Of a DNA stretch of 26,628 nucleotides, positions 8,378 to 16,504 are shown one piece after another; the first letter of the stretch is position 1, and each line of letters opens with the position of its first letter. The stretch is from Spirochaetaceae bacterium (GTDB taxonomy: Bacteria > Spirochaetota > Spirochaetia > DSM-27196 > PXBQ01). The position numbers were made by a program, and so were the translations under genes. Under the pieces are notes generated by a model. That model worked only from the letters and a program-made list of their open reading frames with translations. It did no database searches and was not told where the DNA came from. Location of the stretch: positions 1 to 26,628 of the forward strand of contig PXBQ01000192.1 of the NCBI GenBank assembly GCA_003566875.1. The letters are read 5' to 3'.

Positions 8378-9997
8378 ATGAACGTTGTTCGCGGCGGTCG
8401 TCGGACGATCATGTTATCGAGCGTGTTGCTCTTTTTTGTCGGCGGGATGTCCGCGACCGACGGAGCGCCGCCGATCTGGACGTTTGTCACCGGTGGGCGG
8501 ATAGTCGGCTCGCCGGTTGTGACCGAGACGGGGCGTGTGTACGCCGTTGCGGAAGATAGATATCTTTACGCGGTCGAACACGGTGTTGCGCGGTGGAGGT
8601 ACGATCTGCGCGTGCGACCGATCGGGCCGATTCGGGTGTCACCCGACGGAACGGTCGTCGTTCGGACCAGAGCCGATTCTTTAGTTGCTGTGAACCCCGG
8701 CGGCGGGACCGTGTGGGCCTACAGACACCGAACCGAGATTGGCTCATTTGAGCACGGCGGAGACGGGCAAGTCCTGCTCGGTGACTCCGCGGGTGTCGTC
8801 ACGGCGCTCTCTGCAACCGGGCGTGTCGTATACCGCGTCGCAATCGGCGATTCTCCGGTCACGGCGATCGTCCGCGGTTCCGGTTACCACGTGTACGCGG
8901 CGACGCGAGACGGCAGACTCGCGGCCATTACAGACGGCGGAGCTCGCGTCTTCAGGCGGCTGTTCGAGGCGCGGATCGAAGCCATGGCGAGCACGGCAGA
9001 CCGCGTCGTTGTTTTTTTGTCCGACGGGCGTCTCATCGCCGTCGACACGTTTGGGCGGGAGGCGTGGACAATCGGTGTTCCCGAGGCTGCGCGGCGGCTT
9101 GGCGTCGCCGGTGTACATATCGCGCTCATTTCTGACGAGGCCGTTTGGTTTTTTGACGATTCGGGGACCACGGTCGGCAGCGATCGATTTGACGGGCTCG
9201 GCGATACTGTGATCGCGGGAGACGGTGTGTTCGTTGCGGCGGGAAACGCCGTGTACTCTGTTCGAGCGTCACAACCACGCGCGCCGGTCGCCCGCTTTTC
9301 TTCGGGCGTCGGGGCGATCGGCGCGGGCGGCGGTCGTGTCGCCGTCGGTACGGACGACTGGGTTCTTTCATCGTTCGGAAATGCGCACGCAACTGCGCGT
9401 CCAGGCGGTGTGCGCGTCCCGTACTGGCGCACGTCGTACGATTATCTGTTTCTCAAGGACCAGATATCGGCGGGAACCGATCAGGCCGTACGCGCGACGC
9501 GCGAGATGATTTCGCGCGTGGACCGTGCTGATCTCGCGGGCAGTTATCACGCGATACGCGAGCTATTGATCGAGGTCGCGACGCCACGGACACCGCGGAC
9601 CGGACGCGCGATTCCTCCTGACGTACGTAGCGCGGCGGTCCGGGCGCTTGGACGCGTAGGAGACGTCGTCGTCCGGGATTTTCTCGCGCGCGCCGTCGCG
9701 GCGGAGACCGACCCGTTCGTCATGGTCGCAATCTTTGATGCTTTTACCGATACCGGTATTGCGGCCCCGGAGCCTGTACTCGAAATCGCGGCGCGGTATC
9801 TCTCGAACGCGCGTGGGGGCGAGCTTTCGGGAGAAATCGCGCGCGCCGCGGTGGATCTCGTGATCGCGTCGCACAGATACGCGGGGTATGTCCCCGAAGT
9901 AGGAGTGGGATTGCTTCGACGCGCGATGGAGGCACCGTTTCCGCGCGAAATCCGAGAATACGCGCTGACGGCCGCCCGACAAATAGACGGGCGATAG
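8378..9997 (+). CDS. Exported PQQ-like/BamB-type beta-propeller protein with a C-terminal HEAT-like helical domain
   Basis: Signal-peptide-like N-terminus; repeated blades (WTFVTGGRIVGSPVV, GRVYAVAEDRYLYAV...G..RWRY, VYAATRDGRLAAI); C-terminal VRSAAVRALGRVG and AAETDPFV HEAT-like motifs. Start could be 8369, 8378 or 8411. Confidence 0.7.
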   Translation: MNVVRGGRRTIMLSSVLLFFVGGMSATDGAPPIWTFVTGGRIVGSPVVTETGRVYAVAEDRYLYAVEHGVARWRYDLRVRPIGPIRVSPDGTVVVRTRADSLVAVNPGGGTVWAYRHRTEIGSFEHGGDGQVLLGDSAGVVTALSATGRVVYRVAIGDSPVTAIVRGSGYHVYAATRDGRLAAITDGGARVFRRLFEARIEAMASTADRVVVFLSDGRLIAVDTFGREAWTIGVPEAARRLGVAGVHIALISDEAVWFFDDSGTTVGSDRFDGLGDTVIAGDGVFVAAGNAVYSVRASQPRAPVARFSSGVGAIGAGGGRVAVGTDDWVLSSFGNAHATARPGGVRVPYWRTSYDYLFLKDQISAGTDQAVRATREMISRVDRADLAGSYHAIRELLIEVATPRTPRTGRAIPPDVRSAAVRALGRVGDVVVRDFLARAVAAETDPFVMVAIFDAFTDTGIAAPEPVLEIAARYLSNARGGELSGEIARAAVDLVIASHRYAGYVPEVGVGLLRRAMEAPFPREIREYALTAARQIDGR

Positions 9998-10012
9998 CCC
10001 GGCGGTTATAAT
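9984..10012 (+). promoter_or_regulatory. Sigma70 promoter for the P83/100-pyrBI unit
   Basis: TAGACG(9984-9989)-N17-TATAAT(10007-10012), then a G-rich RBS at 10021-10028 and GTG at 10031. Confidence 0.7.
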
Positions 10013-10030
10013 GAACAAAAGGGGGGTGCT

Positions 10031-11644
10031 GTGAGACCTCGAAAGCAATTTTTCCGGACGGCGCGGTTGGTGTCGGGCGTACTAGTTTACCTCATGGCCG
10101 CCGTGGCCAACACGGCCGGTCTCGAGGTCGATGAGGTCGAACTCGAACAGGTTCGCGACGCGCAAATCGAGTTCTTGAACTACGAGGGGCCCGTTGACCG
10201 AATAGACACGATCGAGTCGATTCGGGGGATCGGTACGTACCTCGGTACGCGGATTACGACACCCGGGGACGTCGCGTCGTACTTCGGCCGATACCGTGTG
10301 ATCCACGCGGTCGATCCAAGCGTGTTGGTCGGTCTCGACGCCGACATAGTGATAATCGAACCGGACGCTCAAGTCAACCACATCAATAACTTGCGCCATA
10401 TCATCTCGGCGTACCTCGAAGCTGCGTACGGATACACCGGCAACGATGCTTCGACTCTTGCGTTTTTCACAACGATTTATAACGCCGTGCATCGACAAGA
10501 TGTTCCGTTCTTTGATGCGCGCTACAAACCGGTGGTCACGCGCCATCTGTCACCGGAGAATGCGGGTTTGTCGACTCGATACTACGAATGGCCGGGTATG
10601 TCGCGAGTCGTGATTCCTCTCGCGCGCGGTGCAGCGCCGGGAGTTATCGGCACTATCGACCCGTTGCAGCTCACCGATCCCGAAGTGATAGCCGAGTTAC
10701 GCGCACAACCCGATATGGGGATTCGCGAACGGAAGGACATAATCGATCTGATGGAACGAGTCGTCGCCGCGCGTGAAGAACGCGAAGAGCAGGAGCGACT
10801 CGCGCTCGAACGCGAGAGACGGCGACTGGAACAGGAGAGAATCGACCGCGAGCGAGCGGTCGAAGCTCCGGACGAGGAGATTGAACCACCCGAAGACCCC
10901 ATTGATCCCGAAGAAGCGCCTGTAGAAGAGCCGGACGAAACGCCTGAGCCACGTGTCGTGGACGAAGGCGCAGAACCGTTAGTGACCGAGGAGGAGCGCG
11001 AGGCACGTGAGCGGGAGCTCGCCGAGCGCGAAGAGGCCCTCGAACGCGACGTGCAGGAGACCGAGGAAATGCTCGATCGCGTCCGCGAGTTGTACGACGA
11101 CACCGCAGACGATCAACACGCGCTGCTGACCGAGGAACAGCGTCGCGCGGAGGAAGCGGCTCGAGTGGTCCCCGTGCCGTTTCTGGTCTCGACCTCGCGA
11201 ACCGCGGCAGGTGTCGCGATTTCCCGCCTTGTCGGTGTTCATCCCGAGACCGGTGATGTGCTTGTTCGATCGGACTCGCGTGGCGTGTATGGGCGCAGGA
11301 TCGTGAATTCAGCAGGGGAGGTCACCGCGATTGTTGATACGTCCGACGGCCCGCGTCTCGTGACGTTCGAGCGGGAGAACCTGTCGAGCATACGGACTGG
11401 GGACGACGAAATCTTCCCCGGAGCGTCGCTTGAACGGCGTGGTGACGATGTCTTCACGGTCGTACGGGTTAACGGTGCGTGGTACCTTGGGAGGTTTGAC
11501 TCCACCCTGACGCTTATCGAGCATTCGGATCGCGAGGTTGCACCGGCTACTCATATCGTGATCACGGAGAATAGAGTATACGCCGAGATGCCCGACGGCT
11601 CGGTGTTCAGCCTCGAACTCGACGATCTCGGCGTCCGGTGGTAG
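10031..11644 (+). CDS. P83/100 family spirochaete protein (Borrelia P83/P100-like)
   Basis: Signal peptide, then IEFLNYEGP...IDT...IRGIG, GLDADI, HINNLRHII..YL..AYGY, GLS..Y.EWPG.SRVVIPL; central Glu/Arg coiled coil; beta-rich C-terminus. Confidence 0.83.
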   Translation: MRPRKQFFRTARLVSGVLVYLMAAVANTAGLEVDEVELEQVRDAQIEFLNYEGPVDRIDTIESIRGIGTYLGTRITTPGDVASYFGRYRVIHAVDPSVLVGLDADIVIIEPDAQVNHINNLRHIISAYLEAAYGYTGNDASTLAFFTTIYNAVHRQDVPFFDARYKPVVTRHLSPENAGLSTRYYEWPGMSRVVIPLARGAAPGVIGTIDPLQLTDPEVIAELRAQPDMGIRERKDIIDLMERVVAAREEREEQERLALERERRRLEQERIDRERAVEAPDEEIEPPEDPIDPEEAPVEEPDETPEPRVVDEGAEPLVTEEEREARERELAEREEALERDVQETEEMLDRVRELYDDTADDQHALLTEEQRRAEEAARVVPVPFLVSTSRTAAGVAISRLVGVHPETGDVLVRSDSRGVYGRRIVNSAGEVTAIVDTSDGPRLVTFERENLSSIRTGDDEIFPGASLERRGDDVFTVVRVNGAWYLGRFDSTLTLIEHSDREVAPATHIVITENRVYAEMPDGSVFSLELDDLGVRW

Positions 11645-11648
11645 AGCG

Positions 11649-13214
11649 ATGTCGCACTTCTCGGGCCGAACGATCCAGGTAGTTCGGGACCTGTCGGTCG
11701 ACGAACAGGTATATCTCTACGACGTCACACGCCGCTTGAAAACGAAACTCACCACGGGCGAACGAACCGACGAGTTTCGGATAGGAAACCACGACCTCGG
11801 CGTTTACCTTTTTTTTCTTGAGGATTCGACGCGGACGAAAGAGTCTTTTCGCAACGCGGCGAAATTCCACGGTGCGCGTGTCAATGACTTTACGGTCGCC
11901 GGCTCATCGATCAACAAGAGAGAAAGCATTACCGACACCGTGAAAATGCTTGTCGGTTACTCCGAACAATCGGTCTTCATCGTACGGACCAAACTCGAGG
12001 GTACATGTCGATGGCTCGAGGCCGCGCTTTCCGAGTACGCCACGTCAAAAGGAATGCCTGTACCCGTATTCATTAACGCCGGCGACGGACGACACGAACA
12101 CCCAACCCAGGAATTTCTCGACGAATTTAGTTTTCTGGAACACGTGTCGTGGGATCGGTCGCATCTGCATCTCGCGCTCGTCGGTGATCTCTTTCACGGG
12201 AGGACCGTCCACTCGAAGGTCGACGGGTTACGTATCTTCCGCGAAGTGGAGCTCGATCTCGTGGCCCCGCCGGACCTTGAGATGCCTCGACACTACATTG
12301 AGACGATGAAGCGTGCCGGGTTCGAAGTCAGGACGTTCGGTTCGATCACGGAGTATCTTGCCTCCGGCCGCCCGGCGTCGGCGTGGTACTTCACGCGGCT
12401 ACAGCTCGAACGGATGGGCGACAGACTGCTCGAGAAGGCCGATCAGCTTCGCGATGCCGTCACGTTCAAGCAAGCGGACATGGCGCGGGTGCCGGAGGGC
12501 ACGCGGTTTTTCCATCCGCTTCCGCGGCACTCGGTGACACCGACTATACCGTCGTTTCTCGACTCGACGCCGCTTAACGGATGGGATGAACAGTCGATCA
12601 ACGGCTACTTCACGCGGATAGTGGAAATCGGGCTTGTCGCAGGGCACCTCGGCGATGACTTTTCAGGTGAATCGCGGCTCAAGCTTAGTTTCAGCGACGA
12701 CTTTGTCGAAAGCGCTCCCGTGAGTGTCGGGAAGAAGCCCGAGTATAAAGTGGGGATTCGACCGGTCGAGAGCGGAATAGTTATCGACCACATCGGGCGC
12801 GGGAAAAACCCACACGAAATTTGGGTTCAGATCGACAAGGTACGACGGATCCTCGCGCTAAACTGCATCAGTTCGCACGGGGTATACACGTCGCTGCGAA
12901 CTGGCGCGCATAAAGGCATGATTTCGCTTCCGGACCACAACGGTTTTGACGGCCGCGAGATCAAAATGCTCGCCGCGATCGCGCCCGGGTGTTCGGTAAA
13001 CCACGTTGTTGACGGCAAAGTAGCGAGGAAGTTCCGGCTTCACATCCCGCCACGCGTGTACAATCTCGATGAGATCTGTTGCCGAAACGAGGAGCGTATT
13101 TCCCATCCGGCGCATCACGAGCCGATAACAGCGGAGTTCTATCGCGCGGACACCGAGATATTTACGTGCAAGTATTGCGAACGACCACACGAGTTTCACG
13201 AGATCTGGAAGTGA
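11649..13214 (+). CDS. pyrBI: Bifunctional aspartate carbamoyltransferase, catalytic and regulatory chains fused (PyrBI)
   Basis: Catalytic motifs FLEDSTRT, HPTQ, GDLFHGRTVHS, HPLP; C-terminal PyrI-like domain (GIVIDHI, CKYCE). This fusion is known from Treponema denticola and Thermotoga maritima. Confidence 0.93.
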   Translation: MSHFSGRTIQVVRDLSVDEQVYLYDVTRRLKTKLTTGERTDEFRIGNHDLGVYLFFLEDSTRTKESFRNAAKFHGARVNDFTVAGSSINKRESITDTVKMLVGYSEQSVFIVRTKLEGTCRWLEAALSEYATSKGMPVPVFINAGDGRHEHPTQEFLDEFSFLEHVSWDRSHLHLALVGDLFHGRTVHSKVDGLRIFREVELDLVAPPDLEMPRHYIETMKRAGFEVRTFGSITEYLASGRPASAWYFTRLQLERMGDRLLEKADQLRDAVTFKQADMARVPEGTRFFHPLPRHSVTPTIPSFLDSTPLNGWDEQSINGYFTRIVEIGLVAGHLGDDFSGESRLKLSFSDDFVESAPVSVGKKPEYKVGIRPVESGIVIDHIGRGKNPHEIWVQIDKVRRILALNCISSHGVYTSLRTGAHKGMISLPDHNGFDGREIKMLAAIAPGCSVNHVVDGKVARKFRLHIPPRVYNLDEICCRNEERISHPAHHEPITAEFYRADTEIFTCKYCERPHEFHEIWK

Positions 13215-13235
13215 GCACGACGGCTACGACTGTGG

Positions 13236-13661
13236 TCACGCGGGCTTGGGCCGGATCTTTTTCTTTCGGCGTGTCCGTCGTCGGAAAATCTTCCTGAAAA
13301 ATGCCCTTATCGCCGCGAGAATTTTCTTGAAAAACCCCGGGTTTTTCATTTTGTCGAGTTTCATGTACGCCTCGGCGAGTTCGTCCGTCGTGAGCTCTTT
13401 GCGATGGATGTTCTCGTCGAGCTCCATCTCGAGTTTCTCGGCGTCGTCGTCGCGATCGACGACCCGCCCGGGGACGGAGCTCCAGCCGAGCCGTCGAACG
13501 GCTTCAAGCCGGCGATGCCCTGCGATCAGCTCGTTCTTGCCGTTAATTACGATAGGGTTCATCAAGCCGAACGATTCGATGCTTCTCATAAGTGGACCGA
13601 TATCGCCAAGACTCTTGCGGATCCGCTTCCGGATGATGATTGAGTTGATTTCGACTTGCAC
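13236..13661 (-). CDS. Small ParB N-terminal (CTPase-type) domain protein with an amphipathic/basic C-terminal tail
   Basis: SIESFGLMNPI, LIAGHRRLEA (GxxR arginine patch), ENIHR (ENLQR-like); no HTH region; GTG start with GGAGG 9 nt upstream. Confidence 0.85.
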   Translation of the reverse strand: MQVEINSIIIRKRIRKSLGDIGPLMRSIESFGLMNPIVINGKNELIAGHRRLEAVRRLGWSSVPGRVVDRDDDAEKLEMELDENIHRKELTTDELAEAYMKLDKMKNPGFFKKILAAIRAFFRKIFRRRTRRKKKIRPKPA

Positions 13662-13682
13662 GGCGCATGGCCTCCACGCGGC

Positions 13683-13691
13683 ATAGTATCA
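13683..13691 (-). promoter_or_regulatory. Putative extended -10 promoter (TGnTACTAT) for the ParB-like gene
   Basis: Minus strand reads TGATACTAT, about 20 nt upstream of the start and just before the GGAGG RBS. Confidence 0.5.
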
Positions 13692-13731
13692 ATCGGTTGG
13701 GTTGGCGCTCGAGACGCGAAAACCGCCTTCG

Positions 13732-16284
13732 CTAATCGAGTAAGGGATTTCCTCCGGATGCGGGTAAATCGCCGTTGAGGTCGAAGTCGTTGCCGTACCC
13801 AGGGAACCGTAAATCTATATCGAAGTCGAGATCAACCGAGAGATCGCTCTGTGGCCGAGGGCCGCCGAATGCGTTGACCGTGAGGCTTGTCCCTGCTATC
13901 GCGTCGCGCATTCGATCGGCGAACACCGGGGTCCAATCGCGCTCAAATTCCTGAAGAGTATCGAACTGCGTCGGTTCGGTTCCCGAGATGAACACTCGTT
14001 CGACCGTGCGTCCGGTGTAGTTTTCGGGTGGAAGCAGGCCTGTACGCGCGCTCACGCGTACTGTGGTTAAACCGTCGTTCGGCTTCGGGAACGCGACACG
14101 GTCGCGCCCTTCATGGATCTCGCGCATGTACTGAACCCACATCGGCGCAACGGCGGCCGCGCCGGTCTGGTTTGTGCCGAGAGAATTATTGCCGCCACGG
14201 TCAAAACCGAACCACACCGCGGTCGTAACGTACGGTGAGTAACCGACCGACCACGCGTCCGACCAGTTTTGCGTCGACCCGGTCTTTCCCGCCATCGGCA
14301 TATCGTCGAAACCGCCACCGCGTGCGCGTGCTCCGGCCATTGTACCGACCTCAAACGTCGCCTTCATCATCTCGGTCATCACGTACGCTGCTTGCGGCGA
14401 GATCACCTGTGTCTCACGCCCGCGCCTCTGTTGCGCCAACCGGATTTCCTGCTCAGGTTCCAGAATCACGCGGCCGTCACGATCTTCGATGTACCGGACG
14501 GCAATCGGGACGACCTCACGACCGAGATTCGCGATCGTAGCGTATCCGCGGGCCATCTCCATCGGCGAAACCGAGACCGTTCCGAGGCCGACCGGAAAGT
14601 TTCGCACGAAGCCCCGCGAGGCGAGGCTCGACTCCGGGATGCCCATCAAGCGGCTCGCGACTCGGAACGCATCGGTGAACCCGACGCGGTCGAGGACCCG
14701 AAGCGACGGAATGTTATACGACGCGGCGAGAGAAGTCGTCAGGTCGACCCATCCCCACCAGCGTCCGAAGTAGTTGTTTGGTGTGTACGGGGTCCCGTCG
14801 TCGTTCCAGAACACGACCGGTGCGTCGTAGAACGTCGTCGCCGATGTGACCACCTGTTTGTCGATTCCGGCAGCGTAGTACATCGGTTTGAACGCGCTAC
14901 CCGGTAACACGCGCGCGTCGACCGCACGATTGAGCTGGTTACGCGCCTCGAAACCGGAACCGCCGATCAGAGCCAGGATATGTCCCGTGGAATTGTCGAG
15001 TGTCACGAGGCCACCCTCGACCCGCGTTCTTTGCGCCTCACGTTCGGTTCGTGTGTACGATACGCGCGCGACATGACGAAGCTCATCGTTCTCGGATGAT
15101 CCGAACAGAAGCGATACCATGTCGATTACAGGGTTAATCTGGCGCTGGTAGTGTTCGAGGGTGCGTGAACGTTCTTTTGCGTCGCCGACGCGAAGCTCAG
15201 GAATATCGAATAGAAGAGCCGAAAGCTCGATCGCGGGTATGAGCTTGTCGCCGGCCGAAATACTTACGCTCCGGTTTTGTTCGTAGATTCTGTTGGAAGT
15301 CTCGAGCGACGCAGCCATGTGACGATCGGCTGCCCTCTGATAGTCGAGGTCCAGCGTCGTATGAACGGTGAACCCGTCACGGTTGACGTTAGCACGACCG
15401 AAAAGATACTCGTTCTCGAGCTGGAATCGCACGAACTCGCTGAAGTACCGTGCACGATCCTCGCGGTCGAAAAATGCCGTGGAGACATTTGAGCGCGTGA
15501 AGTCGTAGTTGTTCCAGTAATCGTCAAACGAGAAGTCGACCTCTTCCTGGGTGGCAAATCCCATCGTTACCATATCGTTCAAGACGACTCTCTGCATTAC
15601 GCGAGCCTGGTTTGGACGGCGAATAGGAGAGTATAACGACGGATTCGCCAGCTGGATAACGAGAATCGCCGACTCGGCGTGCGTCAAGTCACGCGCGGAA
15701 CGCCCGAAGTAAAACTGTGATGCCGACTCGACGCCGTAGTTACCGTGTCCAAACGGCATTTTGTTGAGATACTCTTCGAGAATCTCATACTTCGTCAGCC
15801 GCTTTTCGAGCTGCAATGCCCACCATAACTCGCGGAGCTTCCGGACTAATGAAAACTCGGTACGGTCGGCGTACAAGTGTCCCGCGAGTTGTTGCGTAAT
15901 TGTGCTTCCGCCCGATACATACCTTCCGCGTAAAAGATTCCACGCGGCTCGAGCGGTTCCGCGGAAACTGAAACCATGATGATGGAAAAAAGTGCGGTCT
16001 TCTCGCGTGATCAGCGCGTTTATCAAGTGTCTCGGCAACTCGTCGATCGGGACGAGCTCACGCCTTTCGTCACCGAAGAATTGAGTGATCTCGCGTCCCG
16101 TCCGGTCGAGGATGATCGTCGGCAACGCGTTAAAGGTTTCTCCGCGCTGCACGGTATCGAGATGTTCGGTGTTTCGGATACCCGCGAGCGCCAAACCGGT
16201 AACGACGCCGAAAACGATTGCGGATACGGCGGTCACGATCAGCAAAACCATGACGAGTACGCCTTTCCGTCCTGCAAAACCCAT
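13732..16284 (-). CDS. mrcA: Class A penicillin-binding protein (PBP1A family, transglycosylase/transpeptidase)
   Basis: N-terminal TM helix; glycosyltransferase motifs EDRTFFHHHG, GGSTITQQLA, RKLRE, EYLN; transpeptidase motifs SAFK, SYN, KTG all intact. Confidence 0.95.
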   Translation of the reverse strand: MGFAGRKGVLVMVLLIVTAVSAIVFGVVTGLALAGIRNTEHLDTVQRGETFNALPTIILDRTGREITQFFGDERRELVPIDELPRHLINALITREDRTFFHHHGFSFRGTARAAWNLLRGRYVSGGSTITQQLAGHLYADRTEFSLVRKLRELWWALQLEKRLTKYEILEEYLNKMPFGHGNYGVESASQFYFGRSARDLTHAESAILVIQLANPSLYSPIRRPNQARVMQRVVLNDMVTMGFATQEEVDFSFDDYWNNYDFTRSNVSTAFFDREDRARYFSEFVRFQLENEYLFGRANVNRDGFTVHTTLDLDYQRAADRHMAASLETSNRIYEQNRSVSISAGDKLIPAIELSALLFDIPELRVGDAKERSRTLEHYQRQINPVIDMVSLLFGSSENDELRHVARVSYTRTEREAQRTRVEGGLVTLDNSTGHILALIGGSGFEARNQLNRAVDARVLPGSAFKPMYYAAGIDKQVVTSATTFYDAPVVFWNDDGTPYTPNNYFGRWWGWVDLTTSLAASYNIPSLRVLDRVGFTDAFRVASRLMGIPESSLASRGFVRNFPVGLGTVSVSPMEMARGYATIANLGREVVPIAVRYIEDRDGRVILEPEQEIRLAQQRRGRETQVISPQAAYVMTEMMKATFEVGTMAGARARGGGFDDMPMAGKTGSTQNWSDAWSVGYSPYVTTAVWFGFDRGGNNSLGTNQTGAAAVAPMWVQYMREIHEGRDRVAFPKPNDGLTTVRVSARTGLLPPENYTGRTVERVFISGTEPTQFDTLQEFERDWTPVFADRMRDAIAGTSLTVNAFGGPRPQSDLSVDLDFDIDLRFPGYGNDFDLNGDLPASGGNPLLD

Positions 16285-16290
16285 ACGAGA

Positions 16291-16319
16291 AGGGTACTTA
16301 CGGGCGTTCCTTTTGTCAA
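16291..16319 (-). promoter_or_regulatory. Sigma70 promoter for mrcA
   Basis: TTGACA(16319-16314)-N17-TACCCT(16296-16291), 6 nt before ATG 16284. Confidence 0.7.
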
Positions 16320-16380
16320 GGTGACGTTCTCACCGTGTCGTTCATACCGAGAGCAGCGAGCTTTGAGCTTAGCGGATGCG

Positions 16381-16409
16381 AAAAAAAAAGCCGGCTCTTT
16401 CGAACCGGC
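16381..16409 (-). terminator. Intrinsic terminator ending the mla-TPR-M23-PEGA transcript
   Basis: Minus strand GCCGGUUC-GAAA-GAGCCGGC (8-bp stem with one G-U pair, GNRA loop) followed by nine U. Confidence 0.9.
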
Positions 16410-16480
16410 CCAACCGTTAGGTTATCGGCACCAATATAGTAAACTGGGAGGGGAACTATATTAAATGACCGACGGTTTTA
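16381..16480 (-). ncRNA. Candidate structured small RNA or 3'-UTR element with a C-rich loop
   Basis: Rod-like hairpin (AACCGU/ACGGUU outer stem, AAUAUAGU/ACUAUAUU inner stem, loop UCCCCUCCCAGUUU) abutting the terminator. No known family recognised. Confidence 0.35.
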
Positions 16481-16504
16481 TTATCGTCTCACGACGAGAT
16501 TTAT

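Noticed and set aside
10780-11160. GAG/GAA-rich quasi-repeats
   Set aside because: Explained by the Glu/Arg-rich coiled-coil coding sequence; no fixed-period repeat or CRISPR structure.
16420-16428. Exact sigma28 -10 (GCCGATAA) on the minus strand
   Set aside because: No TAAA-like -35, and the transcript would hit the terminator within about 30 nt; the motif is part of the hairpin stem.
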